DNA of 64,000 nucleotides from Octopus sinensis. Taxonomy: Eukaryota. A program made the translations under genes and the position numbers. Numbering within the stretch: position 1 is the first letter of the stretch; each line of letters opens with the position of its first letter. Below the pieces are notes generated by a model that was not told where the DNA came from, did no database searches, and saw only the letters and a list, made by a program, of their open reading frames with translations. The stretch is from assembly GCF_006345805.1 (NCBI RefSeq), contig NC_042998.1:125798001-125862000 (forward strand), in the 5' to 3' direction. Positions 25,791 to 39,100 of the stretch are shown here, one piece after another.

Positions 25791-27250
25791 CTTTCTTTAT
25801 TCGCCATAAAGGCTAAGATATATCAGGTCATCCCGTAAGTTCTGTCCGATTTTACCTTTTTTAAAATTGAATGAAATTTAATAGCATTTAGAATGTCTAA
25901 TGGAATTAAGAATTATTTTTATGCATTTGTGTATTTTTAAACTAATTAAATATCATTTTACACAATAATAAATTTAAAATTTCTTTGATTAAAGCCCTTT
26001 CTAACATGGAAGTATCCAAAGAGCATTTGAGGCACATAATGCTTTAAGAGTACAAAAAAGGAAACTCTGCAGCCGAAGCGATCCGAAACATACACTCAGT
26101 TTACGGGAAAGAACGCTTGAATGAAAGAATTTGCAGAAGATGGTTTGCAAAATTCAGAAGTGGAGATTTCAGCCTTGAAGATGAAGATCGAACAGGATGT
26201 CCAGTTGAGTTTGATGATAAGCTCTTTGAGACATTACTTGAAGAAAATCCTGCATTATCAGTTGAAGAATTGACAATAAAGCTTAGTTCAAACCATACAA
26301 CTGTTCATTGTCATCTTCAACAACTTGGAAAGGTTCCTAAACTTGGAAAAGGGATGCCTCATGAATTGTCCGAAAGCAACCGCAAATCCCGAGTTAACAT
26401 CTGCTCTTCTCTCCATTCTCACAAACTCATTTCACCCTTTTTGAATAGAATTGTGACTGGTGACGAAAAATGGATCTTCTATCGAAATGTTAACGTCGTA
26501 AACAGTGGCTTGGTAAAAGGGAAAAAGCTCAACCACAACTGAGAAGGGAATTTCATGGGAAAAAGCTTCTTCTCTCTATCTGGTGGGATTGCAAAGGAGT
26601 AATTCACTTTGAATTGTTACCACCTAATGCAATAATCAATACTCAAGTCTACTGTCAGCAATTAGAGCGTTTGAGCCAAGCTTTGACCCGTTTTAATTAA
26701 CCGAAAAGGAGAGATGTTTCATCAGGATAATGCGTGTCCCCACACTGCAAAGATCACATCACAGAAGATGGAAGAGCTTGGTTGGGAAAAAAATTCCTCA
26801 TCCATCTTATTCTCCCGACCTTGCTCCTTCAGACTACCATTTGTTTCGTAGTTTACAGAATCATTTGGGGGACATAACTTTCGCAAGCCAGGAGGAGGAG
26901 GTCGAAACTGACATTTCAGAGTTCTTCGCTTTGAAACCAAAAGAGCTTTACATTGATGGGATTAAAAAGCTTATAAATAGATTGAATGGAAGTCATAGAT
27001 AATCAAGGAAAGTACATTGATGATTAAATTTTAATTAAATATAACATTTGATCACTTGTTTTCTTTATTTAAAAATTCGGACAGAACTTATGGGATGACC
27101 TGATAGAATGGACAATAGAGGACAGACAAACAATGCGGGCGAGGGATAAAAAAAAAACTGAATGTATAATATGTAATGAATGGGTGGAAATGAGGAAAAA
27201 ATGGAGTGATGGATACAGGGACCCCACCAACCACGCACCGTCACTGGACT
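25791..27250 (-). mobile_element. 3' stub of a second Tx1-like element, split by mariner copy 2
   Basis: With the mariner removed, ttctttattcgccataaaggctaagatatagaatggacaatagaggacagac aligns to the first element's end ttctttattagtcactaaggcttgacatagagggacgatacaggacagac. Confidence 0.6.
25823..27103 (+). mobile_element. Mariner (DD34D) copy 2, decayed full-length
   Basis: TA|tcaggtcatcccgtaagttctgtccga ... tcggacagaacttatgggatgacctga|TA. Transposase spans 26006-27027 with IVTGDEKW, HQDNA and YSPDLAPSDYHLF. Same family as 627-1917. Confidence 0.96.
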
Positions 27251-27497
27251 TTATTCAACTTACTGGTATTTACATATATTCGAAATTAAGATAGACAAAA
27301 ATGAATTGGATTAACGTTGTAATAAATTCCTGCAAAAGTCAATGAAAAGAATGTCATGTTACCCCTTGAACCAGTCTTAGATTCACCGACAATTACATTT
27401 AACCACTACATGCATCAAACATACAGTCCTTACTCATAGTACAAATTAATTTTCAAAATCCATTTTTTTGTAACACTTGTTTAAAAATTACGTTATA

Positions 27498-29625
27498 CTA
27501 GCAAACTTACCCATCTACGATGGGTGATGAGAGCAGGGTGCAAATCGAGACAATTTAAGTTGTAATGTATCCTCTGTGTGAAAAGTCTGGCTGCATACAC
27601 GTTAGCATATGTCAGTTGCATACAATTGACAACACAGTTAATTAAGATTTATTCAGTGAGTTCTATTCAACACATGTTTACACGTGGAATTAGCAGAATC
27701 ATTATTAACTTTAGATGGCTCGCAGGCGAGGTGAACAAATTAGTGAGATAGATAGACTGGCAATGCTTCTACGCTATCAGCAGTCGTGGGAAGAGCTATC
27801 TGAGCGAAAAATTCGTGGATGTATTCAGCATCAAACTTGTGTTCGGCGTCAAATAGTTGACTGTCGTGGTGGTAACAGATTCGTGTAATAAATTTTGTGT
27901 TTATTTTTGTTTCATAATATATATTTTTTCGGATGCAGCCAGACTTTTCACACTTATTTTTATTCATTATATTTGATAGTGCCAAACTATATAGTGTATC
28001 TTATTGAACAATATATATGTAAACAATTGCATAACACATTCATGGTGCCATCTTTACAAAACCTCTGTGTAAACAATATTCTCCGTTTGTCCACAACTAA
28101 ATTTCAAATTAGCTGAATCCGTTGCCCTACTCATCGCGACATACAGCTGGCCGTGCGTGAACATGAGAGAGGGCAGAAACACACCGACGCGATCCAAAGT
28201 CTGGCCCTTACCTTGTATTTTGAATGTTGGATTAAATCCACTTGACGAAGTATCAATTTTGCATCCAACTGAAGCAAATGCAAGTGCATTGTTGTATGAT
28301 CGAATTTTTGTTATAAATTTGCTATCGCCCCATAATTTCAGAATATCCTCTGATAAATTCGGAATAGGCTCAACTTTAACACTCCCCTTTTTACAGCATA
28401 GGGAAATTGGTTCAGCAGGCCAATGCTTCGCTTTGCAATGCGAGACCGGTGTGATACTGGGATCTTATTTTCGTCAAAATCATCTTGCACTGCAATTAAG
28501 TTATAATCTGTGATCATTTCATCGATTTCACTATCCGTGAGGGAAATATTTTGTGACTCATCATCTTCGACTTGCAATTGCGCTTGCCTAGCTCGCAGTC
28601 ACGCTCGAGTGTAATAGGTTTGTTCGGTAGTTCTAACTGTAGGATAGCTTCTCCTTGATCGACGTGCTGCGGTATTGTTCTCCGACAGCCGGATTTAGCC
28701 TACTTGATCGACGTGCTGTGGTATTTTCTTCTTGATCTGCATCTCTGACCTGACAGCCGGATTTAGCGTACGTGATCGACGTGCTGAGGTATTTCTTTGT
28801 TGCTCAGAGTCTCTCATATATTTTGGCGCTTTGCGCTCTGTACTTTTATATCGCTTTCTTGTTCGGCTTGTCTGTACGCTTCGTCCGACCGAGTCCTACT
28901 GGTAGAAGCAGCATTTCTTGTTTTTCTCTCAATTGACGACTTCCGTTTTGGTGTCATGATCTGACACGAATAAAATAATAAATGAGCAACATAAAATAAA
29001 TCTTTTGTTACATTTTAATTAACGTGTAAAATGATGCACGCATATCATGTCATTCCCTGTTTTATACATCGTAGTATGATACATAGTAGGAAAAGTTACC
29101 AGAGCAAAAATCCTAAGTGTTGACTGTAGACATGCTCCTTCGCAAATGATCTGCTGTTATTTTGTAAACAACGTTTCGAAACTGTTCATGTGTTCGAAAG
29201 GAGAGATCTGGCCCTCACATTCAGTGTAGGCGGCCCAGGTTGCCAAAGTTACTTCATTCGACAATATTACTCAATAGAAAGGGTTTTGGCTGGGAGATGA
29301 AGTGGAGGTCGGACTGATCTTTGCGGGAGAAGGTAGGCCTCTCTATTCCTCTTACAAAACTTACCTCCGGGTGCCAAATTTGCCTCAATTGATGGTATTA
29401 CTCGGTTTGGGTGGTGGTGGGACAGGGACAGGGGCAGGGGCAGAAGGAGGAGGTCAAGCATGTTCCTTTAAGAGGGTATAGGCCACCCTATTCCTTCTGT
29501 CAAAGTTATCTCCGGGTGCCAAAGTTACCTCAATTGATGGAATTTCTCTGAAAATATGCTCTAGATCTCGAGGAATCACAGGAATAGTAGTGATAAAATC
29601 ATCAACATTGGATTTAATATTATTC
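27498..29625 (-). mobile_element. Internally deleted Helitron (5' boundary approximate)
   Basis: Canonical 3' end: hairpin acccatc-gta-gatgggt (27509-27525), then CTAG|T at 27498. RepHel remnants lie upstream. Confidence 0.85.
28054..28957 (-). pseudogene. RepHel remnant with N-terminus fused in frame to the helicase C-terminus
   Basis: MTPKRKSSIERKTRNAAS.. then HCKAKHWPAEPISLCCKKG..IRSYNNALAFASVG..PTFKIQG|KGQTLDRVGVFLPSLMFTHGQLYVAMSRAT..TENIVYTEVL*. Confidence 0.88.
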
Positions 29626-29984
29626 AACGGTTAATGAATAATTTTTATAATTGCGTTGGTGATTTTTAACAATATTTCTACGATCATTTGCGGCGTACTG
29701 CAAAGTGTATGATCAACATGCTAGTGCTACTTTTATATTATTCAGCTTACGAAACCAAGGCCTTGAAGCATTAATGGATTACTGGATTTAGGCACACTAA
29801 TCCAAACTGCCATATTTTGCCGAAATGATTACTTACCTCTTATCGTTTCTGTAGTGTTTGGGTTTTTTTTTTTATGGAGACAAGGCTGCTAACCTTGCGC
29901 TCCACCCACCTCCTTTCTCACCCAGGTTTGTAACAGGTTATAGCAGAGTTAACAATTGTTCTTATCGTTAGGAAAGACCAGAAG

Positions 29985-30195
29985 GGACCACGATCTTGTG
30001 GACATTAGAAGAAAGAAGGAGAAAGAGCGGCAGGCCGGTGAAGACGTGGCAAAGAACTGTGTGGGAATACTTGACCGAGATGGGTGACACCTGGGAAGAA
30101 GAGTGCAGTATGCTCAGAACAGTACCTCTTAGAGTACTCTTATCGCCCGGTGTTCTTTGTGTGAACGGAGACGTCATCATCATCATCGTCGTCGT
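29985..30195 (+). mobile_element. RTE LINE 3' fragment
   Basis: WTLEERRRKSGRPVKTWQRTV..TWEE followed by a (CAT)n tail. Confidence 0.6.
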
Positions 30196-31108
30196 CGTCG
30201 TCGCATAAAAACATTGTTCAACATCGTCATTTCTATTGTCATTTAGCCCCAAATCAACAATGATCCAGCAGACCTATAATTTACCATCCCGGCCACCTAA
30301 AAGTATCCAGGAACTACATTATCTAAATGTAACCTTCCCTTTTTTTAACGGTAGTAGTATATTATCTTACAGAAGACTTTGTCATTATTTCTAGCAGATT
30401 GAGTGACCACACAGAGCTGGCATGGCCAACCGTTTTCGAGAAGCGGGCCGCATGAGACATGGATCACCGTCAGGTAATTTTTTGTTAAGCGTACTGTTCA
30501 AAAAGTCCCGTGTGCCGTAGTTTTCCCATGACAAATGTAGAGGCCGCTTCGTAGGCTCTCGCTGTTGTTGTTTAGCACCAAGTCAAGCCTGATTGAACAG
30601 GTCTATGATCAAAGACGGCTCGGTCATGATCATCTCTCCTTTTTTTTTTTTTTGGTGGTGGTGGTGATGGCGGGAGGGTTGTATAGAACTACATTACCCA
30701 ATAATTCCTTATTGTATTTAAGACAAAGAGGAGCGAGTTGAGAGAGAGACTTAGTTGTTATATCTAGCAGGTCAAGCAACTGTGTTTGATGTCCCTTTGT
30801 TTATGTTGTTGTTTGTGTTGGTGTTGTAACTTCTTTTTTGGCCTGAGGGTGACTGTAGTAACGATGGAGGATTTCTTAGTAATTTAATTACAAGATTTAA
30901 CGTAGGCTTCAGCTGAAAGACAAATATTATTGTTTATGTGAAAGGCAGGACGGAAGTAGTCAAGCGAATATCATAATTGAAAATGAAAACAAAAAACAAG
31001 GAAATCGAGAGCAACGTAACAACAATAATACAATATTATTATTCATGAGGAATACCAACATCATCATCGTCGTCGTCGTCGTTGTTGACGACGTCATCGT
31101 CATCATCG

Positions 31109-31184
<76 letters not shown>

Positions 31185-31217
31185 TATTGTTATTGTTGTT
31201 GTTGTTGTTGTTGTTGC

Positions 31218-31250
<33 letters not shown>

Positions 31251-31288
31251 CATTATTATCATTATTATCATTATTATTATTATTATTA

Positions 31289-31326
<38 letters not shown>

Positions 31327-31846
31327 GTTGTTGTTGTTGTTATTATTATTATTAATTCTAACATTGGTGGCTGGATCAGCTGAGGTCGGTGGTTCATGCT
31401 ATTGTGTTTGTCGACATTTTTCGGCAGCAAAGACTTGCAATATACGAAGCACTATAAAAACATTTATTATATAGAGATGAATGCATAGATGTAATTATGT
31501 ATGTGTGTGTATTGTAAAGTATATGTGAGGATATATGAAAATATATGTAAAATGCATGTAAAATGTATGTATTATTTTAAAGCGCCCGACTAAAATTAAT
31601 GTTACGAATACTATGTTAACATTGTCATTCTTACGTTGTTGGTGTTTCCTGTGTGTAGGCTGTCTTCATTAGCACCACCTGAATACGTCTGTTGTCGTAC
31701 GATGATCCCACAGCACACAACACACCCTAAACGCTGGGAAATGCATTAGTATATTGACTCATTCAGGCATACATACATGCAATGATAGATGCATTATATG
31801 TGTGTTTGTGTATGTATGTATGTATGTATGTATGTATGTATGTATG

Positions 31847-31901
<55 letters not shown>

Positions 31902-31921
31902 ATGTGTGTGTGTGTGTGTGT

Positions 31922-31958
<37 letters not shown>

Positions 31959-33630
31959 ATATAGACACACATATTCACAGATAGTCATATAGAAGGCAAA
32001 GAAGGATATGAAGCATATAAGCTTACAACTGTTTAGAATGAGCTCATGTCCACACCTACGCTGCAAGAGTTTTTGAAAAGATTTTTAGCTGAGGGAAGTC
32101 TCTGGGAGTTGCCAACCAAAAACAAACGTATCATCTTCTACGCAACAGATGGAGAAGGGTGCCAAAGATCATGTAATAGCTAAAGAATTTTTATAACTAT
32201 TTCATCAAATTATGAGAACATCCGAACGTTTCTTAAAAGTTAATATTCTATTAACTCCGTACGATACTGTGTCAAGTCAGTTTTTGCCTCTACGAATTTT
32301 CAATTAGATCTTTAAGTAAAAGTTGTTAAGTTGCATGACTTTTCTGAAAATATTGTTCCCTTAAAATCCTTAATCAGACTTTTTTTTTTTTCAGTTTTAT
32401 AAGCTTCATACTTTAATGCATAAGTTCTCGTATGTAAGATTTGTATGTAAGATTTGTATGTAAAGCTTTATTTAATTAATTGAAGTGACCTCAGTGCATA
32501 CTCGATATCCATTTGTCGAGCAAAATAACTTCAACAGTAAAATGGGTTTGGAGGAGCTGAACAATTTAATCTTTATTTTTTTAATACTTGCTGGTTAAAG
32601 AAAAGTGTCTTTTTCTTCGCCGATGCACCTAGACCGGTTAAATAGGCTCCGTCTTACATTAAAACACGTAAAGGCAATCATTAAAGTATTGGATACGATG
32701 CTAGTGTGTTTCTAGCAAAAAGCTTACTAGTGAAACCAAATCATGTTACCTCAATCATTGGAGCATTGGATGAAGCGTCTTGCGGAATTTATTCTAGCTT
32801 CTGAGCTAGAGTTCAAATCCAACTGAAGTCAACATTGCCTTTCGTCCTCTGGGGCCGACAAAATCTTTCCTAGTCTAACAGACCGCCTTAGAATGACAAA
32901 ATAGTTAGAATATCGAGAAGACTGCCTTGCAGATTTATTCGGGTTCTTTGTTTAGTGAGTACAATTCCTGCCATGGTTTTCTAAGGCTATCACTTAGTTT
33001 TGGGATACTATTTAGGTGCCTCCACTCTGTTGTAAGCATTCTCCAGTTCGAGAATACTTTCCTCGTCTCCTTGTCACCATTTCCGGAGATTCTATACAAG
33101 AGCAAGAGCCCTGCCTTTCCTCCTGAACTAAGCGAAAGCAAATAGCAGAGACCAACAGTAGCACCAAAAATATCCTGCAGGATATACAGAAAGTAACAAA
33201 ATGCACTGAAAGATCTAATTCAATTACCGCCTGCTCAAAGCTGTAAATGTCTTTAGAGAAAGAACTTACGTTACAAAAATTGGCAGTAAAACAACATAAG
33301 GTCAACTTACGACGCAAATTGTGTTTTAAAAATTCGGGTTACTAATTCAATCGTTGAGAATGATGAATCTGTTTGTTATATAATTTAGTTTGCTTTATAA
33401 ACGTTGCGATTTGATGTGTATATATGAGGGTGTGTTGGTTTGTTTATTTTCTTTAATTAAGCGGCTCGATAAAAATTGAATGATACAAATAAATTGAATG
33501 ATACAAATAAATTATGAAATCAATTTGACCGATTAAACCGCTCAAGGCAGTGCCCCAGCCTAGCCGCAACTCAATGACAAAAAGCAAGTAAAAGAATCAG
33601 AAGTTATAGACATATTACGTTATATCATAT

Positions 33631-33708
<78 letters not shown>

Positions 33709-35180
33709 CACCCACTCTGTATAAATAAACTGCTGAGTATACCAAACAAACTGTACCATTCAGTACTACTCCTTTGTTAGCCTGTAACATCTGTAGACTA
33801 TATTCAGAAAAACTTACCTGGTTAACTATATTTTGATTAAATACCAACGCGACTTACATGAGAGCAACTGACTGAATACTGATATTTCTTGGAGAGAGTG
33901 TGTATTCCACACGGATTCCTAATTCAGCTGAGGAATGACAAGTTGTTGGCAAATATTTTATTAGAAAAGTGCGATCATAATAATAATAATAATAATGATG
34001 ATGATGATGATGATGATGATGGTGAAGATGATTTCAGACTTTGGCACAAATAATAATAATGAATAATGATAATATATACATGCACACATACATACACACA
34101 CATACACGTGCGCACATACACACGTGCACGTATGCATGCACGCACACGCACACACACACACATCTGAATGTATGCATGTATAAAAAATGTATCAAAGTAA
34201 TATGAAAAATATTCCACCAGGAAAACGAACCTATGTAACATCAAAGAGAATTGTCAGATATTGAATAACATTTGAAATCCGAACCCAAACACAGGGAGAA
34301 CTATTAATATAGTTTCCTTCAAGTCATTTCCCTAAGTAAGCATTGTGCCGACGTTCTTTTTTGATTACATATTTCTAAAAGAATGTTACCGAATATATCC
34401 ATCATGTAAACTGTGGTTCTACTCAGCCAGTTGCTAGCGGGATTTGTTGCTAGAGAAACATCGTTGTGTTTTTGCCCTTCTCGTCTTAGACAAATTCTGG
34501 AAAACTCTTCTCCTTTTAGACTGAATCATATTTCTATAAAATAATTCTTTCTAAACTGTAAGAAGATCTGTTCATGGAGTATAATAGTAAGCATACCTGA
34601 GACGTGAGTTATTTGAGGATTGTCAGAAAGACAGAAAGAAAGAAAGAAAAAAAGATCTCGAATGACTCTCTTTTAAATTGGTCTGCGATACCAATGTGAA
34701 AGTAGGCGGGCTTTTCATATTAATTTCAGATTTTGGTACAAGGCCAGCTATTTCGGGCGATGAGGGTAAGTCGATTGCATCGTCCCCAGTGTTCAACTAA
34801 TACTCTTTTTATCCTCTCCGAAAAGGTGAAAGGCATAATCGACCTCGGCAGAATTTGAACTCAAAACGTGAAGACGGACGAAATGCCGCTAAGTATTTTT
34901 TCCGACGTAGTGTGTTTTACATATTAAAAGAATATCATTACTCCGAGAAGCGTTTACTCATAGAAAAGCATTCAAAACTGTTCTGTAGATTATCCCTTAG
35001 ATTCCAAATGTTGTTGTTGTTCGTATTATTGTTGCTCACTCCAGCATCAACCTCTATTAAGCAGACCTTTTTACTTTGAGGCGCAGGGCTGAAATTCGGG
35101 TCGGGGAAGTGGGTAGTCGATTACATCAATATCAGAGCTCAACGGGTGACTATTTTATCGATCCCGAAATAATGAAAGGC

Positions 35181-35338
35181 AAAGTCGGCGTCAGCAGTAT
35201 TTGATCTCAGAAAGCACAAAATCGGAAAAAATACAACCAAATATTTTGTCCGACACGCAAACGTGTCGGACAAAATATTTGGTTGTATTTTTTCCGATTT
35301 TTTGCTTTCTGAGATCAAATACTGCTGACGCCGACTTT
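35181..35338. repeat. Near-perfect palindrome (77-bp arms, 4-nt loop) made from a decayed SINE
   Basis: 35181-35257 is the reverse complement of 35262-35338 with 1 mismatch; the loop is caaa. Confidence 0.95.
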
Positions 35339-35821
35339 AACCACCTTTAACAGACCTTAAAATCAAAGACATTCTCGCCGTAACTATACTATATATTTTT
35401 TAATATATAGGACTACAGTATCTCATGTGACCTCTTTTTAAGATGTGATTTTAGGAAATTTGGCTCCTACTTTTAGCAAATCGGGCGAACGACTTGAGGC
35501 TGTCTTGATGATTCGAAAGATTCCTTCGAGTTTCTAACTAGCAGAGCAGATAATCACTACGCTACAAAATCGAAAGGAGTCTACATAGAAAACATAGGCT
35601 CCTTGATGTCATAGCAAACCCTAACATCAATAAGTTGTTCGATCATGAAACCTGAAGTCATCCACGATAAGTGAACTGTTGTATGATTCTAAGTAACGTC
35701 TGAATTTTGATATTTGTTTATTAAATGCTGAAAGGCGCACCGATGAACAAGTTAGCAGAGTCTCGATCTATTAACTTCGACAGCGCACTATGTCTATGGA
35801 AGAAGTCGACACCATCTAATT

Positions 35822-36155
35822 CAGTGGTTTTTAACTGGGGTCCATATGAGATTTTTGGGGTCCTCACAACAAAATAGTAAATTGGAAATCCACAATAGTA
35901 TTCTAAGAGCCCCTAAAACCATCTTACTTTACATGTATGTATTGGTATGTATTGCAAGAAACAGCTAGGTTTCTTTCTCTAACATTTTATGTAGTTCAAC
36001 CTACATAAGTTAATGTAGGAAAAACAAAACAGGAATTTGAAAGAAGTATCTATAAAACTAGTTTTTAAACATCGAATGGTTGTAGGAGTCCACCAAAATA
36101 AAATAGTAATCAAAGGAGTCCATAGGCAAAAAAAAAAAAAGGTTGAGAACGCCTG
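35822..36155. mobile_element. hAT (Charlie-like) MITE
   Basis: TIRs cagtggtttttaac and gttgagaacgcctg match at 10/14; 8-bp flanks atctaatt and atctaaca. Confidence 0.75.
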
Positions 36156-39100
36156 ATCTAACACTAAAAAGCTACGTCAGAGTGGTAAATTTACCGTTGC
36201 CAGCTAACGCTTCAGTGTCGATTTGACAATGGTCTCGATAACTTGCACTGCTTAGAATTTCCCTCTGGATAAAACAGTTGTGACGGACTGGCGACATATT
36301 CACAGAGAGATTTATCGTCTATATATTTGATAGCAAAAAAATTTGGAGCTAAGTACCGACTTAGTAGACCTCGATTGTCCAACACGGTAAATACTTGAGG
36401 ACGACAGTATTACTAGAAACTTAATTCTCAAAGAGAATCATAAGAGTTAGCATTATGCTTTATCTGTACGAATACGTTGTCCTCATAGCCCTCGCTAAAC
36501 TGCCCGGTTCAATGTGATTGGTCTTTTTAATATCTGAAAGCTGATAACTGCAGGAAAAACAAGGGAGCAGGGCAAATTTCAGAGAATTGGAGACGAAAAA
36601 TTTAGCATAGTTGTTAAATGCGTAGCCTGAGTGGATACTAAATAAATGATGTGAAGAAGAAAGATGTATGAGTTGTGGGGCTTGGATGGAGATCAGCTTG
36701 CCCTGAGGAAAAGAAATCAGTGTTATAGCAGTAGGAAAGGCAAAATGAGGAGTCAGTCTTCAAGCCAGAGACTGGAGTGTGTTTTTAAGCGACTCCATGC
36801 TAGTCACCGTTGTCGCTTGTCCCTGGTGACTATTGGAAGTGTACTTAAGATTTTCGAAAAAGAAAATGCATTATATATGATCTAATCTGAAAACACTAGG
36901 ACAAAGTTTTAAAAGGCCTCTTTTCAGTAAAATACTCTCCTATCACAGATGGGTTGTATGTTGAGAATTTTGTGAAACGAATAGTCTTCCATATCTACAT
37001 GTTTTGTAAAAGTTGTCAGATTTTTGTTGCTACTTTTATGCTTCATGTTTGAAGAGAGAGAGAGAGAGAGATAGAAAGAGAGAGAAAGAGAGAGATAGAG
37101 ACAGAAAGACAGAGATGGGCGGAGAGGAGAGAAACAGGCAGACAGAGAGTATAAATTGCCGAGTTCCTAGGGTAGTGGACAACAATTAGTTCCAGCTGTG
37201 ATTATGCTGTCTTTTCTCCGGTGTATTGTTTTTAGGACTTATGGGTGTTGCGGAAACGTTAGAGAAAGATGAATCTAGCGATATTCTTAGTAAATCGGTG
37301 AAGTTGATGCAATTTCTAGCATACAATTTCAAATCGCCTTATATAACAGGTACCTGACGAGCCAAAGTGACAGCCTCTGCTCAGTCATTCAACCTGCCAG
37401 AATTAGGTAGCAAATCTTTCTCAAATTGTATCCTAGCATCTTGAATGAAGAAAGGACACGTTCTATAATGTAATACAACACCATGGTTAAGCGAGGTTAA
37501 ACGTTCTCTTGTCTTTGATATGCTTCTTGATCCAAAAGTAGGCCGCGTTTGTAAAATGACCACTCGTTGATTGCTTAAATATTTGAAGCTAACGGAAGGA
37601 ATTATGTGAATAAAGTCAAGAAGAATTTGAGTTAACATTTCTTATTGCTTGAAGAAAACGGGAAGATACAAAACAAAATTTTTCCTGTTTCTAACCTAAT
37701 GAAAACTATATTCATAAACACGACTCAAAAACAAAAAAGTCTGGGATTTACGTGAGTGAGCCACGTGTTTGCTTCAAATTGTTGGCTTTACAATATCTGA
37801 AGATCTCGCTTGGCGTCTACACGACGTACCACAGTAAACTCTGTAACTCCAAAATATTCGACTTCCTTTTCAGGGCCAGAAATACTCCAGCTCCTATTAA
37901 TTGCTGATCCACTACAAAACTTAAGCACGACGTGAAATGAAGTACTGATCTCACATTTGGGGCAGTAATACTGCTACTCACACGCAAACACCTTGGACCA
38001 CATTTACAACGTCCCCATCCTCTGACTGATCATTATAGACTCACTCATCAAAATAGTATAAATTCTGATCCACAGGTCTATGTTTCCACCCTTTCTCTTC
38101 TATCATTACTAAAACCATCCCTGAAGTTGCTGGTTACATACCGCTACCACCTTGTCCTCGTTTGACTCACCCATTGCTTATCTTTTCGTCACCTTTACTA
38201 TGCTAATCCCCAAAGGGACCACACTAACTGATTTACGCAGTCTCTCCTGTCCAGAACACTCAATCCACAGGAATTTCCTGTTCGTCTACATTTTTCTTGC
38301 AGGCGTACTCTTAGAGATGTTTACAGTGAACGTTTCTGATACCACATCTCAATTCCAGAAAATATGCAGAGGTCATGAACATAGATTCTACTTAAGCCAT
38401 AAAAAAAGCCAACTAAAAGTGTAGTGCAGGCGCCTTGGTTTCAGCACTCTACTGATGACTGTTGAATTCTTTTGCAAATTTGTAGAAACCTTAAAATATA
38501 AGAATGAATGACATCATCAAATGCTATGCGGTCAACGACCCACAGTACTTAGAACCCAGTCTCAGCATCATCATCATCATCATCATCCTTCACCACCACC
38601 ACCACCACCACCACCACCACCACCACCACATCATCGTAATCGTCGTCGTTTTCAACTATTATATACATTGTCGTCACCGTCGTCGTCATCATCGCCATCA
38701 TCATCATCATCATCATTGTACGCCCAGATTCATCGTCATGATTGTTCGTAGCCACGGCGACCGCCACGCACACCACTCCCGTCGTTCATCGCTGCCGTAG
38801 TTCTAATGAAATTATACGATGGAAAAACACCTCCAGCTTTAAGTGGAAAGATAAACATGTGTAACAATATGAGTAGAAGTATTTTTTCACATAAGTCAAA
38901 AAGATTTAAAAGCAAGAGGAACAAAAAACATACAAAGAAATAACAAGCAGATGAATGCTTACACATAGGCATTATGTACGAATGTGTACATGAGTGTGTG
39001 TATATGAATATGTATGTGTCTATATATGTGCAAGTATATATGTTCGTATGTATGCGTATGTATGTATATGTATGTGTGTATATGTATGTACTTATGTATA

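Noticed and set aside
31110-31185. (AAT)n directly followed by (ATT)n, forming a palindrome
   Set aside because: An expected by-product of adjacent microsatellites in this repeat-rich DNA.
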